This document shows positions 29,168 through 39,780 of a DNA stretch of 64,000 nucleotides, one piece after another; within the stretch, counting starts at the first letter, position 1; each line of letters begins with the position of its first letter. The stretch is from Cyanophyceae cyanobacterium (lineage in GTDB: Bacteria > Cyanobacteriota > Cyanobacteriia > Cyanobacteriales > Laspinemataceae). The stretch is from assembly GCA_038321985.1 (NCBI GenBank), contig JBBQFN010000003.1:64001-128000 (forward strand), given 5' to 3'. A model generated the notes under the pieces. That model was not told where the DNA came from. It saw nothing but the letters and a program-made list of their open reading frames with translations, and did not search any database. A program made the position numbers and the translations under genes.

Positions 29168-29343
29168 CCTCCATCCGGTTACTCTCTTAAAAATTTACTG
29201 ACTACCTTAAGATCCAATGAGGGAAATTTACCGGAGTGTAAAATAGCCCGCTTGCCAACTTCAGCCTTACTTCTTCATGCTTCATCACCGTTTTTCAGGC
29301 TTCTTGTATGATCAACGAGAACTTTTGACCTTCATTCATCCCC

Positions 29344-30051
29344 ATGAACCCGCCATTTTCTCCTCAAACAATTACTTATTCCCGTGTGATTCACTTGAGT
29401 CACCCCGTCACCCCAGATATCCCGCAATGGCCCGGAGACCCCCCAGTAGAATTCCAGACGATCGCCGAACTAACTACAGAGGGCTATTATGTACGCCGGT
29501 TTTCAATGGGAGAACATAGTGGCACCCACCTCAATGCACCCAATAGCTTTTATCCCGCAGGAGTCGGGATTGATGCTTATCCGGCCGAGTCTTTAGTCGT
29601 ACAGGCTGTAGCGATCGATATCTGTCACCTTGCCGCTGAAAATCCCGATTATACCCTCAGTTGTGCGGATGTATCCGCCTGGGAAGCAGAACATGGACAA
29701 ATCCCTAGGGGGAATATCGTCTTATTATACAGCGGTTGGCAACACAAGTGGTCCAACCCGGAAGCCTTTATCAACCAGGGCCATTTTCCCGGTTTCGCAC
29801 CGGAAACAACTCGATTTTTGCTCGATCGCCGTCAGATTGCCGGGGTGGGAATTGATACGCACGGGGTAGATGGCGGACAAGATTTGAGCTTTGCCACCAA
29901 CCGGCAAGTGTTGGAAGAACCGCGAATTGTTCTGGAAAATCTCACAAATCTGGACAGTCTGCCACCGACGGGAACGACCCTGGCGATCGCGCCGTTGCAG
30001 TTGTACCAGGGTTCGGGTTCTCCCGCTACCGTGTTGGCATTTTTGCCTTGA
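29344..30051 (+). CDS. Cyclase-family metal-dependent hydrolase (kynurenine formamidase-like)
   Basis: WPGDP, GEHSGTHLNAP, HFPGF, GIDTHGVD, LENL, GSGSP. Confidence 0.9.
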   Translation: MNPPFSPQTITYSRVIHLSHPVTPDIPQWPGDPPVEFQTIAELTTEGYYVRRFSMGEHSGTHLNAPNSFYPAGVGIDAYPAESLVVQAVAIDICHLAAENPDYTLSCADVSAWEAEHGQIPRGNIVLLYSGWQHKWSNPEAFINQGHFPGFAPETTRFLLDRRQIAGVGIDTHGVDGGQDLSFATNRQVLEEPRIVLENLTNLDSLPPTGTTLAIAPLQLYQGSGSPATVLAFLP

Positions 30052-30117
30052 AAATAGCCTTGTTTATCCGGTTCGGTAAACCTTTGAGCGATCGCCTTTC
30101 CCCTTTGAACCGAACGC

Positions 30118-31875
30118 TCACAAAGTCTCCCCCTTATCTGTGCGTCTGTTGAGATCGAGCCATTGCAATAATGCCTGTTCGAGTTCCGGGGAGAGTTGCA
30201 AGGGTAAGGTTCCCGACCGAACGTGCAAATCTCGTTGGGCAAAAGGAATTTCCACCCCGATATGGTGTAGCAAGGAGAAGATGCGGAAATATAAGTCGCT
30301 TTTGATCCCAAACTGCTGGCTAGGTTCGGATATCCAGATGAGCAGTTCAAAATCTAAAGAACTGCTGCCAAACCCTTTAAAAAAAACCCGGGGTGGGGGA
30401 ACGAGCAACACATCAGGATGCCCCTTGGCTGCGTCTAACAGGGCATTTTCCACCTGGCGCACATCGGAGGTATAGGAGACGCCTACGGGCAGATGCAATC
30501 GAGAGACGGGGTTACGGTGAGACCAATTAATCACCTCGGTTTCCAGAAAGCGGGAGTTCGGCACAATGATAAAAATCCGGTCTAAGGTTTGGATTGTGGT
30601 ACTCCGGCCCCCAATCCGCTCAATAATTCCGACATATTCACCCACTTCGACAAAATCCCCGACTTGGATCCGACGTTCAAAGACAAGGACTATCCCACTG
30701 CCAAAGTTCTTGGCGATATCCTGAAAGCCAAAACCAATCCCCACCCCCAGAGCACTGGCAACGATGGTGAGGGAACTGATATCGAGTCCCCAAAGTTGCA
30801 GGAGGACCACAGTCCCGATGATGATCAGGGAATATTTAGTGACGACGGAGATCGCTTCTTCTGCCCCCCGATTCAGTCCCGCCAGTCGCAAAACCCGCGA
30901 TCGCAGGGCATTCGTCGCAATTCCTGAAATGGCGACTAGAGCAATCAGCATGGCGGTGACGAGGAGTAGATCGATGACGCTGTAGGAGCGTTCCGTTAGG
31001 GTAATAATCGGGGAGGTAAAGGAGGTGATCAGGACATCGGTGATCCGGTAGCTCCATTGGCGAGTGAAGGGGAAAAGGTTGGCAACGTAAAGAGTGGTCC
31101 CCAGTCCCAAGGCAATGCGGAAGAGTGTTCCCAGTAGGGTAAATAACAAATCCAAGGCGCTGTTGGAGTCATCTGCCTCTCCCTCGCCGTTTGTGGATTT
31201 AAAGAGGGCGCGCAAGGGTTGGCGATAGCGTCGCCAGGTTCGGGTCAATAGGTAGTTAAAAGTCAGTGCCGCTAGGAGAATGATAATGGAGTGAATGAGC
31301 GATCGCTGGATAAATTGACCCTGCCGTTCTCGCGTTGATTGTTCCAGGGCTTGTTGAATTTCCCGCATCCAAACTTCAGCTTGAGCTTGGGGGGTGAAGT
31401 TATCCTCCGTATCCCCCGCCGTCACAGTGAGCAAGAGACGATTATTGAGGTAAATCGCGGGCAGTTGATTGGTTTCTCGCACCTCTAGTTCAAAGGGCAT
31501 GGCGGAATCTGCAACCGATTGGAGCTGATTTTGAATCACGCTGGCGCGAACATCGGCGGGATATTCCCCCGCACGAGAAACCGAAAAAAGGCGTCTCCCA
31601 TCCAAGCTGACCCCCGCTTGTGCTTGTTGGAGTTCCCGATTGATCCATTCGGACCGAAACTGCGCGATGTAGTGCTCCGGTTGCGCCGCTGCGATCGCCT
31701 CGGTTAGGGGGGGTTTAGGGGTAAACCTGTTCACTGTGGAAGGGTTCAGTGTGGCTCCGGCACTGTGAATCCCAGCCAAGGACAGGAGTCCCGTGAGTGC
31801 AATAGCGATCGCCAGCCCACCGAAGGGTTTAATTTTCCAAAGTTGAGAGGGATTAACAGTTTTTCTTGGTTTCAC
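30118..31875 (-). CDS. MscS mechanosensitive channel with periplasmic N-terminal domain
   Basis: ALGVGIGFGFQD, VGDFVEVG, IIVPNS, VGVSY, IPFAQRDLH. Confidence 0.92.
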   Translation of the reverse strand: MKPRKTVNPSQLWKIKPFGGLAIAIALTGLLSLAGIHSAGATLNPSTVNRFTPKPPLTEAIAAAQPEHYIAQFRSEWINRELQQAQAGVSLDGRRLFSVSRAGEYPADVRASVIQNQLQSVADSAMPFELEVRETNQLPAIYLNNRLLLTVTAGDTEDNFTPQAQAEVWMREIQQALEQSTRERQGQFIQRSLIHSIIILLAALTFNYLLTRTWRRYRQPLRALFKSTNGEGEADDSNSALDLLFTLLGTLFRIALGLGTTLYVANLFPFTRQWSYRITDVLITSFTSPIITLTERSYSVIDLLLVTAMLIALVAISGIATNALRSRVLRLAGLNRGAEEAISVVTKYSLIIIGTVVLLQLWGLDISSLTIVASALGVGIGFGFQDIAKNFGSGIVLVFERRIQVGDFVEVGEYVGIIERIGGRSTTIQTLDRIFIIVPNSRFLETEVINWSHRNPVSRLHLPVGVSYTSDVRQVENALLDAAKGHPDVLLVPPPRVFFKGFGSSSLDFELLIWISEPSQQFGIKSDLYFRIFSLLHHIGVEIPFAQRDLHVRSGTLPLQLSPELEQALLQWLDLNRRTDKGETL

Positions 31876-32615
31876 GACTCAGCTCAATGGCTTGATTTTG
31901 GACTCCCTCGACATGGAAAGCCCGTGTTTAGTTTTCCTTATTTTGCCATTCTCTAGAGAAAAAAAACCTCGCTGATCCTATGGTTTTTGGTATTTTAAAG
32001 GTAAGACCCCTCAGGGTTACCTTGGCGAAACCTTCAAGATTTTATGGCTCTAATTGTAGGGACAAATTTGCAGAAAGGATAGGATGGGCTTCCGTGCGAC
32101 TGCTACCCGAGTTGAGGGAAAAATTTGCCGATTTCCGGATCGGTCTACTATTTATTATTTTCTCCACCTTGCAATGAGTATTTTTTAAAAAAGTGCAGTT
32201 TAATTAATTCTTAAGATTTGTCTAACCCAGAAAGTTCATCGCAAAAAATGCCGGGAAAATGATTTTGAGAAAAATTAATTTAAAAAACTGTACGGATTGA
32301 GGATTGGAATCTGAGTATAGAGTTTGAATAAGTGCCCGGTTTTATCCGGCGATCGCCTGCAATTCCAGCGCAAGAGGGAATGTTGCAACCAGACTCGTTC
32401 TAAAGGATTTCAGTTCCTCAGAACGGCATTTAGATTGCAATATTTTCCCCGGATTAACCTGACTTGCTCAGGATACTCCCCAGAAAAACCCGATGGGCAG
32501 GATTCAGACGCGATCGCTGATGGATAACCTTTATTGAGGTGAGCGAGGTCATGCTTGCTAGACCCTAGGGGGTTGTTCACAGCACAACTTTCAAGTAAGG
32601 CGTTTCCCAATGACG

Positions 32616-32648
32616 AACCCCATCTGGGGGCGATCTGGGGGTTTTTTT
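32616..32648 (+). terminator. Terminator-like hairpin + U-run in the leader of the SLH-M23 gene
   Basis: AACCCCATC...GAT(CTG)GGGGTT followed by a T-run (32642-32648), ~50 nt upstream of ATG 32700. Confidence 0.5.
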
Positions 32649-32699
32649 ATGCCCAGATCGGTCTGAATGTAACGCTTTGTCCGACTGAGGAGGCGAACA

Positions 32700-34556
32700 A
32701 TGAACATTCAACTGCTTGCAATTGGCACCTTAGCGGCCATTGTTACAGCGGATTTAACCCAAGAAGCCAGTGTAAGTCCCGGTGGACATTCCCAAGCGCT
32801 GGCATCCCCCGCTAGTACCGAACTGAGCGATGACCCTCACCACCCTAGAGATGAGGCACTACTGAACTATGCTGTGATCTCCCCTGGCGATCGGGACAAA
32901 ATGCTTGATCCAAATGAACCTGGGGAATACAACCCCAGTCTGAGGGCCGGGTTAGTACAACAAATGCCATTAACCGATGTAGAAGGCCACTGGGCTAGAG
33001 AATTTATCGAAGTGCTACAAACCAAGGGAATTATTCTCGGCTTCCCCGACGGCAGTTTTAGACCTGATGTAGCTATGACCCGCGCTGAATTTGCGGCAGT
33101 GCTGCAACGGGCCTTTCCAGACCACAACCCCACGGATAAGGAGCCGTGGAGTTCGGATTCTGAGGGGTCTTTTGCAGATGTTCCGGAGGATTACTGGGCA
33201 CAAACTGCGATCGCCGTAGCATCGGAAATGGGATTTCTAGGAGGCTATCCCAACCAAGCGTTTGAACCCAACCAACCGATTCCCCGATTGCAGGTGTTAG
33301 TCGCCCTGGTGAATGGCTTAAATTTAAAAGCCCCAAGGGAAACTCTGGGAAATTTAGAGGCTTATTTTCCATCGGCAGCATCGATTCCTACTTATGCACA
33401 AGACCCCCTAGCAGGTGCGATTCTCCTGTTGGAAAACCTGCAACAGCATGGACAAGAGTCTGGTGGGACAACTCCGAATGATTGGTTTTCCGCTCCCGAT
33501 CGCATCGCCACCCGAGGGGAAGTCGCCGCTTTTATTTATCAGGCACTGGCAATGGTAGAGGCAGAACCCTCCCCAGTTGAGGTTCCCACTCTTTCTAGGG
33601 ATGAATCTGTAACCCCCAACGGGGAAAGTCTGGAAATAACTGCCTCACTTTTTCCTTCCCTCCCCGCCGAAAGTGTAGTCATGCTGTTTCCTCAATCACC
33701 GCAAAACCAGGAGGGTCTGGATGATCGCCCGGAAAACTACTATCCAAGCGATCGCCCCGCAGTCGAAGCTAAATTTTCCCTACCGAGTAACAGTTGGGGG
33801 ATTGGGGGTGAGGGACTTGCCATGACGGCAGCCAGTCTCGAACCCTTCGAGGACCTGGACTCCCAAGCGGTTCCTACGGATCGCCGAATGAGGATGAGCG
33901 ATCGCTTTCAACCGACTACAGAACCCTTAGAAAGCACTACCGCCCTGTTCCCCCCTCGTTCCGTTGCTGTGGAGCAGTCTGAGGCATCCATAGAACCTCT
34001 GGAAAACAGCATCAGTCTGCGTTTGGAAACTTTACGCGGCAGAATTCAATCGACTCCCTCTCCGGTGCCAGAATTACCCCCCCTAGAGGCAGCCGGTTCT
34101 TACCTCCCTGAACCTACTGAACTCTTTCAGGGCTATCTGTGGCCCGCCCGGGGCGTTTTCACCTCGGGGTTTGGGATCCGCTGGGGACGAATGCACAAGG
34201 GGATTGATATTGCCGGACCCATTGGCACGCCAATCATGGCGGCAGCGACTGGCATTGTCAGTTTTGCCGGGTGGAATTCTGGGGGATATGGAAACTTAGT
34301 GGAAATTGAGCATCCTGATGGCAGTCTCACCCGTTACGCTCACAATCATCGGATTCTGGTCAGCGTCGGTCAGGAGGTGATCCAGGGTCAACTGATTGCG
34401 GAAATGGGAAGTACCGGAAATAGCACAGGTCCTCACTTGCATTTTGAGCTTTATCCGCCGGGTACGGATGCAGCCGATCCCTTGGCCTATCTTCCCGGCG
34501 ATCGCCAGAAGCTACGCCTCGATTCTACGGTGGGCCAAGCGGTCTATTCACAGTGA
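32700..34556 (+). CDS. S-layer homology (SLH) domains + M23 peptidoglycan endopeptidase
   Basis: DVEGHWA..GFPDGSFRPD..TRAEFA SLH repeats; HKGIDIA, GGYGN, YAHN, STGPHLHFE. Confidence 0.92.
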   Translation: MNIQLLAIGTLAAIVTADLTQEASVSPGGHSQALASPASTELSDDPHHPRDEALLNYAVISPGDRDKMLDPNEPGEYNPSLRAGLVQQMPLTDVEGHWAREFIEVLQTKGIILGFPDGSFRPDVAMTRAEFAAVLQRAFPDHNPTDKEPWSSDSEGSFADVPEDYWAQTAIAVASEMGFLGGYPNQAFEPNQPIPRLQVLVALVNGLNLKAPRETLGNLEAYFPSAASIPTYAQDPLAGAILLLENLQQHGQESGGTTPNDWFSAPDRIATRGEVAAFIYQALAMVEAEPSPVEVPTLSRDESVTPNGESLEITASLFPSLPAESVVMLFPQSPQNQEGLDDRPENYYPSDRPAVEAKFSLPSNSWGIGGEGLAMTAASLEPFEDLDSQAVPTDRRMRMSDRFQPTTEPLESTTALFPPRSVAVEQSEASIEPLENSISLRLETLRGRIQSTPSPVPELPPLEAAGSYLPEPTELFQGYLWPARGVFTSGFGIRWGRMHKGIDIAGPIGTPIMAAATGIVSFAGWNSGGYGNLVEIEHPDGSLTRYAHNHRILVSVGQEVIQGQLIAEMGSTGNSTGPHLHFELYPPGTDAADPLAYLPGDRQKLRLDSTVGQAVYSQ

Positions 34557-34590
34557 TAAGGTGTAAGGGTTGAGGTACGGGTGCTTTCAG

Positions 34591-34612
34591 GGACACGGCA
34601 AGGCCGTGTCCT
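34591..34612. repeat. Short palindromic dispersed repeat (REP/SDR-like)
   Basis: GGACACGGC-AAG-GCCGTGTCC; related copy GGACAGGGC-ATT-GCCCTGTCC at 39183. Confidence 0.7.
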
Positions 34613-34623
34613 TTCGTTTAAGC

Positions 34624-35913
34624 TCACAAGGGCGAAGTGGGCTGGACTGATAAGGCTTTAACGGTTTTGGGATGTCGTCCCAATTGTCCCGTCATTAAGC
34701 GTAGGGCAAAATGCTTCACCGGGGGTAGGGTTCGCAATCCCCATAATCCTAAGCGACGTAGGGAAACGGCGGGTAAGAATTGATTAGAAAATAGGCGATC
34801 GAGAATGTCCGTAAATCCCAGAATCGTGAGATTTTCGACTTTTCGCCAGCGTTCGTATCGTTTGAGCACGGCCAGGGAACCGATATCTTCTCCATTTTGA
34901 TGGGCTTGAGTGAGAATTTCGGCGATCGCAGCCGCATCGCGGATTCCCAAATTTTGCCCTTGTCCCCCCACGGGATGGCAGCAGTGCGCTGCATCTCCAA
35001 TCAAACCCAGGCGGGGTAGCACATAGCGATCGCTCTGCATCAGTTGTACGGAAAATACCCGGCGATCGCCAATGGGTTGAACCTGCCCCATTTGTTCTCC
35101 GTAGCGTTTCTTGAGTTCTACTAAAAATTCTGCCTCATCCAAGGCAGCTAAGGCTTGCGCTTCTTCGTGAGGTGCGGTCCACACAATATTACAGCGATTC
35201 TCGGTCAGGGGTAAAATTGCAAAGGGGCCGCTGGGCCAAAACCGTTCATAAGCAATATTTTCGTGGGATTTTTCGGGTTTGACTTGCACTGTAATGCAGG
35301 ATTGCCAGTATTTCCATCCGCGAGTTTTGATTCCAGCCGCTTCCCGAATCTGCGATCGCACACCATCGGCAGCAATTAACACCCGGGTGCGAATCTGATG
35401 GGTTTCCAGGGTGTCTTCATCCAGCGATCGTACCTCTACCACCACGCCATCCGGTTGATATTCTACCCCCAGCACCTCCGCTGGACATCTCCAAGTCACA
35501 TTTGAACAATCCGTGAGAAAGTCCTGCAATGCCGTGAGTAATACCTGATGTTCCCCCACATAACCCAGGGTTTCTCCTCCTAAGTCTCCCGGTTGAAAGC
35601 GTACCCCTTCTCGTCCAGAATCCGAGAGACTAATTTGATCAAACGGGGTAATTCTGGGGAAAATCCTATCCCAGACCCCGATTGCTTGAAAAATTTGACC
35701 CGACAACAGGGAAAGGGCGTACACTTGATTTCGGGAAGCGGCAACCGACGGAGGCAATGCCTCAATCAGCACAACTTTTAAGCCAGAATCTTTTAAAGAG
35801 GCGGCCAAAGTTGTCCCAGCAATTCCGGCACCGGCGATCGCCACATCATAATCAAAAGCCGATTCTGATGGGGGAGTGAGAGTTGTTTCGCGAGTAAGCT
35901 GCTGTAAGGGCAT
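34624..35913 (-). CDS. UbiH/UbiF-family FAD-dependent hydroxylase
   Basis: IAGAGIAG, AADGVRS, ERFWPSGPFAILP, IGDAAHCCHPVGGQGQNLG. Confidence 0.9.
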   Translation of the reverse strand: MPLQQLTRETTLTPPSESAFDYDVAIAGAGIAGTTLAASLKDSGLKVVLIEALPPSVAASRNQVYALSLLSGQIFQAIGVWDRIFPRITPFDQISLSDSGREGVRFQPGDLGGETLGYVGEHQVLLTALQDFLTDCSNVTWRCPAEVLGVEYQPDGVVVEVRSLDEDTLETHQIRTRVLIAADGVRSQIREAAGIKTRGWKYWQSCITVQVKPEKSHENIAYERFWPSGPFAILPLTENRCNIVWTAPHEEAQALAALDEAEFLVELKKRYGEQMGQVQPIGDRRVFSVQLMQSDRYVLPRLGLIGDAAHCCHPVGGQGQNLGIRDAAAIAEILTQAHQNGEDIGSLAVLKRYERWRKVENLTILGFTDILDRLFSNQFLPAVSLRRLGLWGLRTLPPVKHFALRLMTGQLGRHPKTVKALSVQPTSPL

Positions 35914-36127
35914 GGTTATCGAAGGTTCTCAAAGCAGATAAGAATTGGTCGTTTTGCTTATTATTGTGCCGCAAATCGGGATTTAAGGCCAGGGGTCAAG
36001 GATATCGGGAGGATGGGAGAGGGGAAGGACTGGTGAGTTTCGGCGTCCCAAGTGAAGTTATTTCTTATTGTTCAACGTGGCGACTTGCGCTCGTTTCCTC
36101 TCCCCAATCTCCCCCATCCCCTCTTGC

Positions 36128-37413
36128 CTAAAATTGATATTCAATTCCCGTAATCACATCAACCCGTAAATTAGGATTATCCACAGAGGGGTCACTGGCA
36201 TATCTCAAAATCAAAGAGTTATTAAAAGACCATCCCTGAACCAAAGGAATTCCTAATGTAGTGGAAGATTCGATATAATAGTCTTCCACATCCTCAAAGG
36301 GAAGCTCAAAGGTGAGGAATTGCCGGAGGGTGAGGAAATCAAAATAAACATCTTTATAGCGCATTCGATACTGAGCGACTGGAAAATCTAAGTCATCCCG
36401 ACGGCGGATAGAATCCTCGTAGCGAATGCCTAAACCCAATTGCATATCAAAAGAGCGATCCGGACCGGCTCGCCAGATGTTGATACCCGGACCCATATAT
36501 AAATTAGTTCTTATATCAATAGCATCGGGTTCATCCCGGCGTACTAGGGAACTGATAAAATATTGATAACGTTTGCTGGTATGATGTCTGTATTCTGCAT
36601 CAATTTGACCTTGTAACTGATTATCGTTTTCAGGGGAAACTCGGCTATCATCATAGTCATTCGTTACCTGGATTTGAAAATCGACTTCATCCGTCGGCCA
36701 CTGTCGCTCAAGTCCAAAGTTGAAGGTTGTTTCACTGGTGACTTTTGCCCCCGAAAAGAAGGTTGCACCAATTTCCAATTGACCGTCCCAACCTGTTGGT
36801 TCAAAGGGAAAAAAGGCTGGGGATTCTGCCGGTTGAGCCTCACTCACAATATCGCGACTCTCGGATAAAAGAGCTAAGGCGCGATCGCCTAATCCGACGG
36901 CTTCATAGTGAAGGGCAATCTCTGCTAGTAAGCTGGATTTTATAGCAGGATTCTCTACGCTATTGGCAGTGGCCAATGCTTCCGCGAGCAAGTTAGTTGC
37001 GGTTTCGGGTTGTCCGAGTTGAAAATAGGCCCTTGCGATCGCACTTTTTGTCCGAACTTTAACCCCGTCATCTGCAATATCATTCGCGGTGGTTAAGGCA
37101 TCAGCTAAGATGATTTCGGCACGTTCTTCCTGAGTAATTTCTGCATATTTTAAGGCAATTTCTGTTAACAACCGGGCTTTAGCTTCCGGCTCTTCCCCAG
37201 TATTTGCTACCTCTAATGCTTCTTCTAAAATCTGCAACGTTGACTGAGGACCTCTGTCTACTTGTTGAGCAATTTGTAGGGAAAGTAACTCCGAATCCCT
37301 ATCGGAATATAAAAAAGTATTGCTAGTTTGCGATCGCCCGAGAGAAGCCCAACTTAAATGAGCAAAAAAACCCCCATTGATGCTATGATAATTGGACCTT
37401 TCAACTTCTTCAT
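36128..37413 (-). pseudogene. TPR-like + DUF481 outer-membrane beta-barrel; signal peptide out of frame (frameshift in G5T7 tract)
   Basis: ORF 36128-37237 has helical repeats then amphipathic strands ending YQF; ATG at 37413 (MKKLKGPIIIASMGVF) joins it only if one base is added at 37364-37375. Confidence 0.7.
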
Positions 37414-37671
37414 CCTAGTAATCTTTTTGAAACTTTTACGGGTGGTTTCTTTCAAAACTAGCCACTGGCAAAAATTATAATCTACCTTAGCCTCTGCAAA
37501 TATTTGAACCCAGAAACCCCCTGTTTTTTATAGCTACAATTAAGGTTACAACAGACCGGGATAAAAATACACCGACCCCGTAGGCGATCGGTGCGGCAAC
37601 CCACCCCACGCAATCTCGAAATATTTGTTAACAATAGAGAGTAACCATTAATTAACTGGATAAAAGTCACC

Positions 37672-39171
37672 ATGACTCAACAAAATCGCCCTAAATGGGA
37701 TGCCGGTAGGTTCTGCAAAACCCTATCCTATTTTGGAGTTGTCCCGTTTTTGGGGAATATTTCCTGGATCCGAAACCTCCTAACCGGGGGTAAAAGTACC
37801 ATCAACACTCCCAAAAACCCGGGAATTATTCTCGTTGCTGGTGCCACTGGAGGTGTCGGGAAGCGGGTAGTAAAAAAACTGCAACAGCGGGGGTATCAAG
37901 TTCGAGCTCTAGTTAGAGATATCAAGCGGGGACGGGAAATCCTCGGGAGTGACGTCGATCTGGTTGATGGTGATATTACCCTTCCCAATAGTTTGAGCGA
38001 TCGCCTCTTCCAAGATGTCACCGCCGTTATTTCTTGTATCGGTACTCGGGTGCAACCCGTCGAAGGGGATACCCCAACCCGGGAAAAATACTATCAAGGC
38101 ATCAAATTTTACACCCCGGAAGTGATAGATGTACCGGAACAAGTCGAATATCAAGGGATTCAAAATCTGGTCGATGCTACCCGGCGTCAACTCGCCACCC
38201 TAGGTGCACCCCATGAAAAAGTGATCTTTGATTTCAGCAAACCCACAGAAAATCTCAAGGACATCTGGGGTGCACTGGATGATATCGTTATGGGTGGAGT
38301 CAGTGAAAGTAACGTCCGCCTTGTCAACGGCATGGCGTTGTTCTCCGGTAATGTTTCCACCTCAAACTCCGGTGGATTTGTCTCTATTCGTACCCGTAAT
38401 TTCGAGCCGCCCTTGGATTTCTCGACCTATCAAGGCATTGATGTTCGCGTCAAAGGCGATGGTAATCGGTATAAATTTATACTCCGGACCGATCCCACAT
38501 GGGATAGTGTTTCCTACTGTTATTCCTTTGATACCGTTGCTAATATAGAATTTACCGTTCGCATTCCTTTTTCAGACTTTATCCCAGTCTTTCGCGCTAA
38601 AACTTTAAAAGACTGCCCACCCTTAGAGACGCATCAAATTCGCTCCGTGCAAATCATGCTGAGTAAGTTTGAGTATGATGGGGAACTGAATCCCCAGTTT
38701 ACCCCCGGAGCCTTTCAATTACAAATCCAATCGATGAAGGCTTATGGTGGGCCAGCTTTACCTCGGTTTATTCAGGTGAGTTCGGCGGGGGTAACTCGTC
38801 CGGGACGTCCTGGATTAGATTTAGAGTCAGAACCGCCAGCGGTGAGAATGAATGAACAGTTGGGGCGAATTTTAACCTGGAAATTACGGGGTGAGGAAAC
38901 CATTCGCGCCAGTGGATTGCCTTATACGATTATCCGGCCTTGTGCCCTCACAGAAGAACCGGGGGGTGAGGGGTTAATGTTCGAGCAAGGGGATAATATC
39001 AAGGGGAAAGTGAGCCGAGAGGATATCGCCGAACTGTGCGTGCAGGCGCTAGAGTTCCCAGAAGCCGGCAACAAGACCTTTGAGGTGAAAGCCGACCCAG
39101 CAGGAAGTCCGGCAGGGGACTGGCGGGGGTTATTTGCCAACTTAGAGCGCGATCGGCAACCTGTCGCTTAA
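37672..39171 (+). CDS. NAD(P)-binding SDR/NmrA-like protein with inserted CIA30 domain
   Basis: VAGATGGVG, WGALDDIVMGGVS, NSGGFVSIR, MLSKFEYDG, YTIIRP. Confidence 0.9.
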   Translation: MTQQNRPKWDAGRFCKTLSYFGVVPFLGNISWIRNLLTGGKSTINTPKNPGIILVAGATGGVGKRVVKKLQQRGYQVRALVRDIKRGREILGSDVDLVDGDITLPNSLSDRLFQDVTAVISCIGTRVQPVEGDTPTREKYYQGIKFYTPEVIDVPEQVEYQGIQNLVDATRRQLATLGAPHEKVIFDFSKPTENLKDIWGALDDIVMGGVSESNVRLVNGMALFSGNVSTSNSGGFVSIRTRNFEPPLDFSTYQGIDVRVKGDGNRYKFILRTDPTWDSVSYCYSFDTVANIEFTVRIPFSDFIPVFRAKTLKDCPPLETHQIRSVQIMLSKFEYDGELNPQFTPGAFQLQIQSMKAYGGPALPRFIQVSSAGVTRPGRPGLDLESEPPAVRMNEQLGRILTWKLRGEETIRASGLPYTIIRPCALTEEPGGEGLMFEQGDNIKGKVSREDIAELCVQALEFPEAGNKTFEVKADPAGSPAGDWRGLFANLERDRQPVA

Positions 39172-39182
39172 TTCACCTCTAT

Positions 39183-39203
39183 GGACAGGGCATTGCCCTG
39201 TCC
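39183..39203. repeat. Short palindromic dispersed repeat (REP/SDR-like)
   Basis: GGACAGGGC-ATT-GCCCTGTCC just after the stop codon. Confidence 0.65.
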
Positions 39204-39780
39204 TGGTCTTACCTTATTTTATAGCAGAAGCTGAATTAGTTTGTAAATTATGCTGCTGTTCTGGATGATGGCAAATCGCCCACTTGTGCGATCGCCACCG
39301 ACCGACCGACCATAAAAAGGCGATCGCATTGATGAAAAGGGAAGCATTCGATGATATCAGGCTTTTTAGAACCTCTGTAAGTGTAGCAAGGGGTACAAAA
39401 TTGCCTCCTACCCCTCATACAAAGTATCTTAATCTTGAACTCAACAGACCTTGACAATGCCACTCATGCAGGTACGTTAGTCGCCCTCCTGCGGTTGTCA
39501 TTGTGGGGGGACAAGACTCATTGGGCCCAAAAAGCCTCTTTTGCAGACCACTGGAGGTCTCTTGGGTGGTTTTGAGGTACCAAATGTGATGACGGAAATC
39601 TAGGTTGATCAGAAGTATTTTTTATAAATCCGCCTTGAGGGGGATGTTTTTACCTGGGTATAGAACAATGCTGTCTAAAGGAGGTGTCAAAAAAAACTCA
39701 AATGACTTAATCATCAGTGGCTCACCCCAGTCATCAGATTGTGGGAGTCAATTTTATTTACTACGTTCGAGGTAGCTACC

